Shown here piece after piece: positions 29,937 through 39,388 of a DNA stretch of 64,000 nucleotides. Within the stretch, counting starts at the first letter, position 1. Each line of letters begins with the position of its first letter. Origin of the DNA: Sandaracinaceae bacterium (GTDB taxonomy: Bacteria > Myxococcota_A > Polyangia > Polyangiales > Sandaracinaceae); the NCBI GenBank assembly GCA_044220955.1, contig JBGAQA010000002.1:32001-96000 (forward strand), written 5' to 3'. Under the pieces are notes generated by a model. The model was not told the DNA's origin. It searched no databases and saw nothing but the letters and a program-made list of their open reading frames with translations. The translations under genes were made by a program, and so were the position numbers.

Positions 29937-30650
29937 ATGCTGTCCAAGTCTGCTGCGAAGGCCTTCTTCCTCGGGGGAACCGCTCTGTGCGGCCTGGCGT
30001 TCATCGGCCTGACGGTCGATACGTTCGGGCGCATCCCCGCCCAGACCCACTCCGACGCGATCACGCCAGCCGTGGCGCGCGGAAAGGATCTCTGGGACTC
30101 GAGCAACTGCATGGGCTGCCACACGCTGCTCGGCGAGGGCGCGTACTACGCGCCGGAGCTGACGCGGGTGTACTCCCGCCGCGGGCCGGAGTTCATACGC
30201 GCGATGCTGCGTGATCCGGAGATGATGTACCCCGGTCAGCGGCGCATGCAGCGCTACGACTTCACCGAGACCGAGATCGACGACCTCGTCGCGTTCTTCG
30301 AGTGGACGGACGCGATGGACCTCAACGGCTTCCCCGCCCAGCCCGTGCTCGCGATGCGCACACCCCCGACCGGTGCCGTCGCGAGCGGTGAGCCCGACGA
30401 CGGCAGGCCCGCGATCTTCGGCCAGATGTGCGTGCCCTGCCACGCGCTCGGAGGACGCGGTGGCAACGTCGGACCTGCGCTCGACGGCGTCGCCGACCGC
30501 CTCGACGCCGACTTCTTCCCGCGCTGGCTGCGCGACCCGAACGCGGTGCGCCCCGGCACGCGCATGCCTCGCCTGCCACTCACCGACGCGCAGATCGACG
30601 AGCTGAGCACGTGGCTGCGCACCCAGCACGTCAGCGGAGGTCACTCGTGA
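29937..30650 (+). CDS. norC: Nitric oxide reductase subunit C, diheme
   Basis: N-terminal TM, CMGCHTLLGEGAYYAPELT and RRM; second domain CVPCH...RMP. Confidence 0.93.
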   Translation: MLSKSAAKAFFLGGTALCGLAFIGLTVDTFGRIPAQTHSDAITPAVARGKDLWDSSNCMGCHTLLGEGAYYAPELTRVYSRRGPEFIRAMLRDPEMMYPGQRRMQRYDFTETEIDDLVAFFEWTDAMDLNGFPAQPVLAMRTPPTGAVASGEPDDGRPAIFGQMCVPCHALGGRGGNVGPALDGVADRLDADFFPRWLRDPNAVRPGTRMPRLPLTDAQIDELSTWLRTQHVSGGHS

Positions 30651-32056
30651 AGTACGAATCGCAGCGCGTCTCCTGGTACTTCTTCGCGACCTGCATGCTG
30701 CTGTTCAGCCTGCAGATCGTCTACGGATTCATCATGGGGTTCGCGCACGCCGGCTACGACGGCCTGCACGACCTCATCCCCTTCCACACCGCCCGCGCGA
30801 CGCACACGAACCTGCTCGTGATGTGGCTGCTCTCCGGGTTCTTCGGCGCCGCGTACTACATCGTGCCCGAGGAGGCGGACCGCGAGCTCTACTGGCCGAA
30901 GCTCGCCTACGTGCAGTGGGGCGCGTTCGTGATCGTCGGCGTGACGGCGGTCGTCGGCTTCCACTTCGGCTGGTTCGAGGGCCGGAAGTTCCTCGAGATC
31001 CCGAGGCCGCTCGACTACCTCGTCGTGATCGACGTCCTGCTCTTCGTCGCCAACATCGGCATGACCGCGTGGAAGGGACGGCGCATCACCACGACGAGCT
31101 CCGTCCTCTTCTTCGGGCTCCTGATGGCCGCGCTCCTCTATCTGCCCGGGATGATCCCGACCGCGAGCCAGACCCTCGACTCCTACTGGCGCTGGTGGGT
31201 GGTCCACCTCTGGGTCGAGGGCGTCTGGGAGCTGATCATGGGCGCCATCCTGAGCTACCTCCTCATCAAGCTCACCGGGATGGACCGCGAGGTCGTGGAG
31301 AAGTGGCTCTACGTCATCGTGGGGATGACCTTCCTGTCCGGCATCCTCGGCACCGGCCACCACTACTACTTCATCGGCACGCCGCGTTACTGGCTGGCGA
31401 TCGGCGGCATCTTCAGCGCGCTCGAGCCCCTCGCCTTCCTCGGCATGGCCATCTACGCGATCACGATCGCGCGCAAGGGCGGGCGCCAGCACCCGAACCG
31501 CACGGCGCTCGCGTGGACCGTCGGCTGCGGCGTCATGAGCTTCGTCGGCGCGGGCTTCCTGGGCTTCGCGCACACGATCCCGCAGGTGAACCTCTACACC
31601 CACGGGACGCTGGTGACGGCGATGCACGGCCACATGGCGTTCTGGGGCGCCTACGCGATGATCGTCCTGGCGATCATCGCCTACGCGACGCCCGCCCTGA
31701 CGGGGCGGAGCCTGCACGACGCGACGAGCGCGACCTTCGCGTTCTGGACGTCGAACATCGGCATGATCGCGATGACCCTCGCGTTCGCGGTCGCCGGCGT
31801 CACGCAGGTGGTGCTCGAGCGGAGGCTCGGGATGGAGTTCCTCGACGTGCAGCGCGAGATCGAGGTGCACTTCTGGGGCCTCTTGCTCGCGGCGTCGCTC
31901 TTCACGCTCGGCATCATCGCGTACGTGTGGAACTTCATCCGTCACGGCATGCCGAAGGGCGAGGTCGAGCGCAACGAGCCGCCCGCCGCCGAGAAGTCGG
32001 AGAAGCCCGAGAAGCCGGCCGCCTCCGAGGCGAGCGAGCCGGCGCCCGCGGAGTGA
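30647..32056 (+). CDS. norB: Nitric oxide reductase subunit B (cNOR)
   Basis: HTN, HLWVEGVWE, GHHYY and HGHMAF. Confidence 0.96.
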   Translation: MKYESQRVSWYFFATCMLLFSLQIVYGFIMGFAHAGYDGLHDLIPFHTARATHTNLLVMWLLSGFFGAAYYIVPEEADRELYWPKLAYVQWGAFVIVGVTAVVGFHFGWFEGRKFLEIPRPLDYLVVIDVLLFVANIGMTAWKGRRITTTSSVLFFGLLMAALLYLPGMIPTASQTLDSYWRWWVVHLWVEGVWELIMGAILSYLLIKLTGMDREVVEKWLYVIVGMTFLSGILGTGHHYYFIGTPRYWLAIGGIFSALEPLAFLGMAIYAITIARKGGRQHPNRTALAWTVGCGVMSFVGAGFLGFAHTIPQVNLYTHGTLVTAMHGHMAFWGAYAMIVLAIIAYATPALTGRSLHDATSATFAFWTSNIGMIAMTLAFAVAGVTQVVLERRLGMEFLDVQREIEVHFWGLLLAASLFTLGIIAYVWNFIRHGMPKGEVERNEPPAAEKSEKPEKPAASEASEPAPAE

Positions 32057-32061
32057 CGGCG

Positions 32062-32853
32062 ATGGACGGCCTGCATCCCTCCCCCGCGCCCTACTACCGG
32101 AGCGTCGGTCGCGAGCGAGAGGTGCTCCGGCGCGCCGTGGACGCGCACCTGCCGGTGCTGCTCAAGGGACCGACCGGGTGCGGCAAGTCGCGGCTCGTCG
32201 AGGCGATCGCGCACGAGCTCGGTCGCCCCCTGGTGACGGTCGCTTGCAACGACGAGACGAGCTCGGCCGACCTGCTCGGGCGCTGGCTCGTGCGGGGCGG
32301 CGAGACGGTCTGGCAGGACGGACCGGTCACCCGCGCCGTGCGCGCGGGCGCGATCCTCTACCTCGACGAGGTCGCGGAGGCGCGCGAGGACGTCATCGTC
32401 GTGCTGCATCCGCTGGCCGACCACCGGCGCGAGCTCTTCGTCGACCGCCACGACGAAGCGCTGAAGGCGGCGCCCGGCTTCGCGCTGGTGGCGAGCTTCA
32501 ACCCCGGCTATCGCCGCGGGCCCAAGGATCTCAAGCCCAGCACGCGGCAGCGCTTCGTCGCGATCGGCATGAGCTACCCCGAGGCCGAGATCGAGACCGA
32601 GATCGTGGCGAGAGAGGCGGGTGTCGAGGCGAGCGTCGCCAAGCGCCTGGTCGCGCTGGCCAACAAGGTCCGGGCCCTGCACGAGGCGGGGCTGGCCGAG
32701 ACCGCGTCCACCCGTCTGCTCGTCGCGGCGGCGCGCCTGATCCACGCCGGCGTGGCGCCGCGGACGGCCTGTCGCGTGGCGATCGCCGAGCCGCTCACGG
32801 ACGACGAGACGACGCTCCGCGCGCTCGGGGACCTGGCGGATCTCGCGTTCTGA
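32062..32853 (+). CDS. norQ: NorQ/CbbQ AAA ATPase
   Basis: GPTGCGKS, YLDE and KPSTRQRF. Confidence 0.95.
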   Translation: MDGLHPSPAPYYRSVGREREVLRRAVDAHLPVLLKGPTGCGKSRLVEAIAHELGRPLVTVACNDETSSADLLGRWLVRGGETVWQDGPVTRAVRAGAILYLDEVAEAREDVIVVLHPLADHRRELFVDRHDEALKAAPGFALVASFNPGYRRGPKDLKPSTRQRFVAIGMSYPEAEIETEIVAREAGVEASVAKRLVALANKVRALHEAGLAETASTRLLVAAARLIHAGVAPRTACRVAIAEPLTDDETTLRALGDLADLAF

Positions 32854-32869
32854 TGGGCCGGGGGCTCCG

Positions 32870-34741
32870 ATGAGCTGGGACGAGAAGCTCTTCGGCTGGG
32901 CGTGGCGACGCGGCCGAGAGCTGCTCGCGCCGCGAGAGTCGCCCGAGGTGCTCGCGCGGCGCGCCACGCTCGCACCGCTCGTCGATCGTCTGCGCGCCGT
33001 GGCGATCGCGACCGCGGGGCGAGCGCTGACGATCCGAGAAGCGGAGGCCGAGGGCGGCGTCGGTCCCGGCGTCGTCTTGCTCCCCGGGCACCTCGACTTC
33101 GCCGGCACGCGCGAGGACAACGAGCGAGCGTACCTGCTGCGGGCGGTGCTCGCGGCGAGCGTCCTCGGCCTCGAGCTCGTCCCGCGCGAGCCCTTGAGCG
33201 ACGCGGAGAGGGTGCTCGCGACGGCGATGGCGTTCGCGGCGGCGCGGGTCCGCGTGCAGGCGGAGCTCCCCGGTGCGACGGAGGATCTCGCGCGGCTCTC
33301 GGACGTGGCGCTACGTGCCCGGCCGCCGGGCCGGGGCTCGCTCGATCTGGTGCTGCGGGCGATGGTCGCCGGCACGCTCGAGGAGGAGCCCCCTCGAGAC
33401 GCGGACGGGCTGGTCGCACGCGCGCGCAGCCTGGCGCCGGCGCACCACGGCAGTCCGATGCCGGCGCCCTTCCCTCTCTGGGGCTGGCTCGCGCCGCGCG
33501 AGGCGGCGACGCTCCTCTCGGGAGACGGACACGACCCGAAGAACCTTCCCCGCGGGACCGAGATCAGCGCGAAGCGCCGCGACCGCGTCCGGCAGAAGCA
33601 GCTCGACCCTCGCCCGCAGGCGGACAACCCGCTCGTCCACTCGTTCGAGAAGCTGCACACCCTCGAGGAGCACGCGGGGGGCAAGAAGCAGCTCGACGGG
33701 TCCGACGAGATCGAGGCCCACGCCGAGGCGCTGAAGGAGCTCGACCTGCGCGAGGTGGTCCGCTCGGACGAGCAGACGAGCTCGCTGATGCGGGTCGACG
33801 CGATGTTCGAGAGCGGCGGCGGCGAGCTCGCCGGTGAGGCGGTCGACGGCATCCCCTACGACGAGTGGAACGAGCCTGCGCGCGTGTTCCGCCCCGGCTG
33901 GTGCCGCGTCCGGGTCGCGCCGGTGGTCGAGAAGACGAGCGCGCGGGCCGCCGAGACGGAGGTCGGACGCCAGGCGCTCGCCGCCCGGCCGCGCATCGAC
34001 GCCGTGAGGGCCGAGCTCGCCCGGCTCGAGCTCGCCCGCCGGCCGCGCGCGCGTCAGCTCGACGGACCGGACGTCGACGACGACGCGATGGTCGATCGCC
34101 ACGCCGCGCTGGCCGCGCGCGCGACTCCGCCCGATCGCCTCTACCGGTCGCTGCGGCGGCACAGCCCCGATCTCGCCGTCCTGCTCCTCGTCGACGCGAG
34201 CCTGTCCACGGACGGGTGGATCGAAGGGCAGCGGGTGCTCGACGTCGAGCGCGACGCGACGCTGGTGCTCGCCGAGGCGCTCTCGGGGCGCGTCGACGAG
34301 CTCGGGATCGCCGCGTTCTCCAGCCACACGCGCGCCGACTGCCGCTTCATCGTGGTGAAGGGGATGCGCGAGGAGTGGACGCGCGCGCGCCACCGCCTCG
34401 CGAGCCTCGAGCCTGCCGGATACACGCGCATCGGCCCGGCGCTGCGACACGGCACGACGGTCCTCGAGCGCTGCGCCGCGCGACGTCGCCTCTTGCTCCT
34501 GGTCACGGACGGCAAGCCGAACGACTTCGACCGCTACGAGGGGCGCTACGGGATCGCCGACGTCGCCCACGCCGTGCTCGAGGCCGACGGGCGTGGCGTG
34601 CACGTGCATGCGCTGGCGATGGACCGGGAGGCACGGCACCACCTACCGCGCATGTTCCGCGCCGGCGGCTTCTCGCTGCTCCGTGGCCCGGCCGAGCTCG
34701 CGCGCTCGATGGGCGACGTGGTCGCGCGCATGCAGCGCTGA
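32870..34741 (+). CDS. norD: NorD VWA-domain protein
   Basis: YDEW, DASLST MIDAS, YTRIG and TDGKPNDFDRYEGRYG. Confidence 0.94.
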   Translation: MSWDEKLFGWAWRRGRELLAPRESPEVLARRATLAPLVDRLRAVAIATAGRALTIREAEAEGGVGPGVVLLPGHLDFAGTREDNERAYLLRAVLAASVLGLELVPREPLSDAERVLATAMAFAAARVRVQAELPGATEDLARLSDVALRARPPGRGSLDLVLRAMVAGTLEEEPPRDADGLVARARSLAPAHHGSPMPAPFPLWGWLAPREAATLLSGDGHDPKNLPRGTEISAKRRDRVRQKQLDPRPQADNPLVHSFEKLHTLEEHAGGKKQLDGSDEIEAHAEALKELDLREVVRSDEQTSSLMRVDAMFESGGGELAGEAVDGIPYDEWNEPARVFRPGWCRVRVAPVVEKTSARAAETEVGRQALAARPRIDAVRAELARLELARRPRARQLDGPDVDDDAMVDRHAALAARATPPDRLYRSLRRHSPDLAVLLLVDASLSTDGWIEGQRVLDVERDATLVLAEALSGRVDELGIAAFSSHTRADCRFIVVKGMREEWTRARHRLASLEPAGYTRIGPALRHGTTVLERCAARRRLLLLVTDGKPNDFDRYEGRYGIADVAHAVLEADGRGVHVHALAMDREARHHLPRMFRAGGFSLLRGPAELARSMGDVVARMQR

Positions 34742-34771
34742 GCCGAGCGCCCGACGTGCGACGATGCGCCC

Positions 34772-35587
34772 GTGTCCCGCGACGAGCGCATCGGCCCGAC
34801 CGCCCACTACACCGCCTACGCATGGCATCGCCTCGGACTGCCCTACGCGGAGCACTTCGCGACGCCGCGCGGCCGCCGCCTGTACTGGCTCTTCCGCGGC
34901 GCGGGCGAGTGGGTCGCGGCGGCCTCCGGGCGCTCGCCCCTGCTCGTCGACGTGCTGGCCTACCGCCACCGCACGATCGACGCCGAGATCGCGCGCGCGC
35001 GGCCAGACGTCGTGGTCGAGATCGGCGCCGGTCTCTCACCTCGGGGCGTGTGGTCGGTGTGCGACGCGGGCGTGGAGAGATACGTCGAGGTGGATCTGCC
35101 CCACATGGTCGAGGCCAAGCGCGCCCGGCTGGCGACGCTGCCGGACGAGGCGCGACGGCGCTGCGAGGCCCGGCTCGCGCTCGAGGCGCGGGACGTCCTC
35201 TCGGACGGGTTCGGCGCCTGGCTCGCGGGTCGGCTCGCCGGCGCCCGCCGCGCGCTCGTGAACGCCGAGGGCGTGCTCGGCTACTTCGACGTGGGCGAGC
35301 GCGAGACGATCGTGCGCGGCGTGGCGCGCGGGCTCCGCGCGGCACACGAAGGCACGTTCCTCTGCGACCTGCGCGACCGCGAGCGCGCGGTCCAGAGCGG
35401 CTTCGCGGTGTCCGTCCTCCGCGGCGCGGTGCAGGTCGTGACGCGCGGGCGCGGTCTGCGCGAGGACTTCGCCGACGCGGGCGCGGTCGCGTCGTTCTTC
35501 GCAGGCTGTGGACTCCACGCTTCGCCCGTAGAGACGCCCGGAGAGCGCCCGATGCCCACACGGATCTGGCGCGCGGCTCCGGCCTGA
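34772..35587 (+). CDS. Class I SAM-dependent methyltransferase (LCM-like)
   Basis: PTAHYT, VVEIGAGLS, EVDLP and AEGVLGY. Confidence 0.8.
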   Translation: MSRDERIGPTAHYTAYAWHRLGLPYAEHFATPRGRRLYWLFRGAGEWVAAASGRSPLLVDVLAYRHRTIDAEIARARPDVVVEIGAGLSPRGVWSVCDAGVERYVEVDLPHMVEAKRARLATLPDEARRRCEARLALEARDVLSDGFGAWLAGRLAGARRALVNAEGVLGYFDVGERETIVRGVARGLRAAHEGTFLCDLRDRERAVQSGFAVSVLRGAVQVVTRGRGLREDFADAGAVASFFAGCGLHASPVETPGERPMPTRIWRAAPA

Positions 35588-35711
35588 TCGGCGTCGAGCG
35601 CGTCACGGCGAACGGCCCGGGCGCGTGGGCGCTCGCCCGGGGCAACGTGGGAGGACGGAAGCGAGCCCCAGGGAGCGCGTTTCCTGCTACTGATCGGCGC
35701 TCCCCTCCCCG

Positions 35712-36626
35712 ATGACCGAAGTGAGCGAGCCCTCCCCAGCCGCACGCGCGCCGCTCAAGCCCGTCGTGCTCGTCACCGGCAAGGGTGGCGTGGGCAAGAC
35801 CACGGTCGCCGCGGGCCTCGCGGAGGCAGCGCGACGGCGCGATGGACAGGCGATGCTCATCGAGTTCGGCGACGGCGAGTCGGGCCGACGCGTGCTCGGC
35901 CGCGGCACCAAGGTCGTCCACCGCGTCGTCGACCCGAAGGTCGCGATGGAGCAGGCCGTCGCCGATCTGCTGGGCTCGACGCTGCTCGCCAAGGTCTTCC
36001 TCGGCAACTTCGCGGTCCGACCCATGCTGCGTGCGGCACCGGCCATCCGCGAGCTCGCGATGCTCGAGCGGGTGCGCGCCTACGCGGACGAGATGCCGCC
36101 CGGCACGCGCGTCGTCGTGGACATGCCGGCGACGGGCCACGGCCTGACGTGGATGCGCCTCCCCGTGCAGATGCGCGACATGTTCGCGTCCGGACCCATC
36201 CACGACCTGGCCGTGCGCGTGATCGACCGCATCAGCTCGCCCGCGCGCTGCTCCGTCGTCGTCGTGACCCTCCCCGAGCGGCTCGTGCTCACCGAGACGG
36301 TCGAGCTCTGTCACGCGCTCGACCACGACGTGTTGCTGCCGCCCGCACGCCTGGTGGTGAACCGCCTCCCGGCCGAGATGACGTCCGCCGCGTTCGACGA
36401 GGCGCGAGCGCTGATCGCGCGGGGTGGGCCCGAGGCGCCGGCCGCCCGGGAGCTGCTCCGCGTGATCGAGGCGCGAGCGGAGGCTCGCAGGGACGCGCTC
36501 GACATCCTCGCGAAGGCCACGCGGCGCGGCGCCGTGCACGGGGCTCCGGTGCTCTACGGCGAGCTGCTCGAGGACCCCAAGGCCGACGACGTCGCGACCT
36601 TCCTCGAGCAAGAGGGCGCCTCGTGA
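35712..36626 (+). CDS. ArsA/Get3-like ATPase (first of pair)
   Basis: GKGGVGKTT, DMPATGH and LPE. Confidence 0.88.
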   Translation: MTEVSEPSPAARAPLKPVVLVTGKGGVGKTTVAAGLAEAARRRDGQAMLIEFGDGESGRRVLGRGTKVVHRVVDPKVAMEQAVADLLGSTLLAKVFLGNFAVRPMLRAAPAIRELAMLERVRAYADEMPPGTRVVVDMPATGHGLTWMRLPVQMRDMFASGPIHDLAVRVIDRISSPARCSVVVVTLPERLVLTETVELCHALDHDVLLPPARLVVNRLPAEMTSAAFDEARALIARGGPEAPAARELLRVIEARAEARRDALDILAKATRRGAVHGAPVLYGELLEDPKADDVATFLEQEGAS

Positions 36627-37726
36627 AGCAGCCCACGACCATCGTCTGTGCGGGCGGCGGCGGCGTCGGCAAGACGACCACCGCGGCCGCCCTCGCGCTG
36701 GCGCTGGCGCGCACGGGGAAGACGACCCTGGTAGTCACGGTCGATCCCGCGCGCCGCCTCGCACACGCGATGGGCGTCGAGATCGACGAGCACGTCCAGG
36801 CGGCGCACGTCGAGCCCGGCGTCGAGGGCAAGCTCTTCGCGCTGATGCCGGAGCCGCGGCGCTCGACGCCCACCTTCGCGTCGATCCTCTACGAGGGGCG
36901 CCCGGAGGATCTCGCGCGCGTGATGAAGAACCCGGTGTACCGGACCATGGCCGACGCCGCGGCGGGCATGCACGAGATCGTGTCGCTCATCCTGGTCGCC
37001 AAGGCCGTCGAGGAGCGTGACTACGACTACCTGGTCATCGACACCGCTCCGTCACGCAACGCGCTCGACTTCGTGAGCTACCCGGGCCGGCTCGCCGTGC
37101 TCTTCGAGGGCCGGGCGGTCGCGTGGCTCGGACAGCTCGCGCAGCGGGTGAACTCGCCGGAGGGCGCGCAAGAGAAGCGCGGCGGCCTCTTCGCCGGGGC
37201 ACAGGAGCGCGTCGAGAACCTCTTCTCCCGCATCCTGAACGCGCGCTTCCTGAAAGACCTCGCGCAGCTCTTCGCGGATCTGACGCTGGTGAAGGACCGA
37301 TTCGCGCGCTTCGCGCGGACCGCCGAGAGCTTGCTGATCGGCGAGCGAGCGCGCTACGTGCTGGTCGCCGCCCCGACGGGCTCGGCCCAGGCCGACGCGG
37401 TGTTCCTGAGCAAGCGCCTCGGGCGGCTCCAGCAGACGGCTCGCGCCGCGGTGCTCAACCGCGCCGACGAGGCCCCGCCCGGCTGGGTCGAGGTGCTGAA
37501 GAGAGCGGCACCGGGCTGGCCCGCGCTGGGGATCGCGATCCAGCAGGTCGAGGTCGAGCTCGCGAGCCGCAAGCGCGCGGGCGACCGCCTCGCCGCCGCG
37601 CTGACCAAGGATCTGAAGGGCGTGCCGCAGCTGCGCCTGCCGACCATCGAGGCCGCCGACCCCGCGGTCGTGGTGCGCGAGCTCGCGACCCAGCTCGGCC
37701 CGAGCCTGAAGAAGCTCGGCGCGTAG
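36623..37726 (+). CDS. ArsA/Get3-like ATPase (second of pair)
   Basis: GGGGVGKTT, TVDPARRLA and DTAPSRNALDF; GTGA overlap. Confidence 0.88.
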   Translation: MKQPTTIVCAGGGGVGKTTTAAALALALARTGKTTLVVTVDPARRLAHAMGVEIDEHVQAAHVEPGVEGKLFALMPEPRRSTPTFASILYEGRPEDLARVMKNPVYRTMADAAAGMHEIVSLILVAKAVEERDYDYLVIDTAPSRNALDFVSYPGRLAVLFEGRAVAWLGQLAQRVNSPEGAQEKRGGLFAGAQERVENLFSRILNARFLKDLAQLFADLTLVKDRFARFARTAESLLIGERARYVLVAAPTGSAQADAVFLSKRLGRLQQTARAAVLNRADEAPPGWVEVLKRAAPGWPALGIAIQQVEVELASRKRAGDRLAAALTKDLKGVPQLRLPTIEAADPAVVVRELATQLGPSLKKLGA

Positions 37727-37766
37727 CCGGACACGATGCTGGGGCGCGTCCGCGCGCCGGCCAGAG

Positions 37767-38390
37767 TCAGAGACCGATCTCGAGCGTGGCGCGGAACCTC
37801 CGCGCGCGCCGCCGGATGCGCGTGAGCTCGGCACGCTCGAAGAAGGGCGTGACCGTTCCGTCGCGCTGGTAGCTCATCACGTCGTTGGGCGTGTCCGAGT
37901 GCGGGTTGCCGAAGAAGTGCCCGAGCTCGTGGGCGAGGACGTCGGGTCCGGCGATGCTCGAGACGACCACGAAGTGCGCCCCCGGCATCCCCACCGGACG
38001 CCAGTGCACACCGCGACGCAGCTGGGTGGGGTCGTCCACGTCGCGGAGCGAGAGCACGACGAACACGTTCACGTGCGACGCCGACATCTCGGCTCCGAGC
38101 GCGTGCCGGTCTGCGCGCGTCTCGAGCTGCGCGAAGCGGGCGTCGAGGGCGCGCCGGGAGCGCTCCTCGAACGACACGCCCGCGGGCGCGAAGATCGCGT
38201 TCGCCTGTGCGATCTCGGCGGTGATCCACGCGTCGTCCACGACGGGCGCGCCCGTCTGGCCCACGGCGACGGCGAGGGCCAGCGGGAACGTGGGCAGCGG
38301 CGCCTGCTGCGCGCGCGCTGCCGTCGCGACGAGCAGGGCGAGCGCCGCCGCCGTCAGGGCCGGGCCGTGACCTCGATCGTCGTGTGGCAC
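37767..38390 (-). CDS. Secreted metzincin metallopeptidase
   Basis: HELGHFFGNPH plus Met-turn VMSY; signal peptide; start codon uncertain. Confidence 0.78.
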   Translation of the reverse strand: MPHDDRGHGPALTAAALALLVATAARAQQAPLPTFPLALAVAVGQTGAPVVDDAWITAEIAQANAIFAPAGVSFEERSRRALDARFAQLETRADRHALGAEMSASHVNVFVVLSLRDVDDPTQLRRGVHWRPVGMPGAHFVVVSSIAGPDVLAHELGHFFGNPHSDTPNDVMSYQRDGTVTPFFERAELTRIRRRARRFRATLEIGL

Positions 38391-39388
38391 GCGGCCGTTC
38401 CGAGGTGTCCGTCCCGCACGACGAGCCACAGATCGTAGGTGCCGGGCTCGCGTGGCACGTCCCAGGTGTTGTCCCGGAGCGTCGCGTCCACCGCCGAGGG
38501 CGGCGCGCCGTGCGCGGGGCCCTGCGTGGTCTCGGTATGGAGGACCGAGTGGCGGCCGTGCGCGTCGGTGAAGAACGCGGTCGAGTACCACGAGTAGTAC
38601 GCGCCCTCGAAGCCCGTCCGAACCGCACCGGAGAAGTCGTAGATCGGGAACGACTCCTCCCACGTGTCGGGGTCGTCGGCCGGCGACAGGATCACCGGAG
38701 TGAGCGCGCCCTCGGCGGGGCTCGCGACGAAGCTCGCAGGTGCGCTGAACCACGGCACGCACTCGGTCGAGCCGGCGGGGTCGATCGCGCCGAAGTAGGG
38801 CGTGCCGTCGATCGTGAAGTAGACGTAGGGCGGGTTCGTCGTCGGCCGCGGGCGCGTCGTGATGCCCACGAGCTTCGTCGCCGAGACGAGCACGGCCTCG
38901 GTGCCCTCCGGGTTGGTCACCGAGAGGTGCACCTCCGCCCGGATGGGCAGCCCCGCCGTCGCGAGGATGTTCAGGAGCAGCCGCGGATCGAGCTCGACGC
39001 CCGGCGGCGGGCGCTCGACGAGCGTGAGCAGCTGCTGCGTGAAGGCCCCGGGGAGTAGACCGGTGTCGCTCGTGGTCGGGTCCGTCCAGGGCGTGCAGAA
39101 CCCTTCGGTTGCCGACATGCCGCCGGTGCCGTTGGAGCCACCGGAGCCGAGGAAGGTGCTCGCGTCGAGGCACGCCCGGAAGGCGTAGTGCAGCTCGCGG
39201 TGCATCGGGTCGTAGGCGAGCACGCGCAGGCGAACGTCCTGCCCCGGGGCAGCCTCCGGATGATCGGCGACGATCGCGAGGATGCGCGGCGTCTGCACGA
39301 GCGTCGGCTCGTCGAGGTTGAAGTTGCACCCCACCAGCAGCGCCGCGAGCGCGAGCAGCATCCCCCGATGGCGTCGCGCGCGCTTCAT
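38354..39388 (-). CDS. Lipoprotein partner of TonB-dependent receptor
   Basis: LVGC lipobox, PRILAIVAD.PE and LWLVVRDG; ATG overlaps the receptor stop. Confidence 0.8.
   Translation of the reverse strand: MKRARRHRGMLLALAALLVGCNFNLDEPTLVQTPRILAIVADHPEAAPGQDVRLRVLAYDPMHRELHYAFRACLDASTFLGSGGSNGTGGMSATEGFCTPWTDPTTSDTGLLPGAFTQQLLTLVERPPPGVELDPRLLLNILATAGLPIRAEVHLSVTNPEGTEAVLVSATKLVGITTRPRPTTNPPYVYFTIDGTPYFGAIDPAGSTECVPWFSAPASFVASPAEGALTPVILSPADDPDTWEESFPIYDFSGAVRTGFEGAYYSWYSTAFFTDAHGRHSVLHTETTQGPAHGAPPSAVDATLRDNTWDVPREPGTYDLWLVVRDGHLGTAACHTTIEVTARP

Noticed and set aside
35712..37726. Arsenic resistance operon
   Set aside because: No arsB/acr3/arsC/arsR/arsD; single-domain paralogue pair of the Get3/BagAB type.
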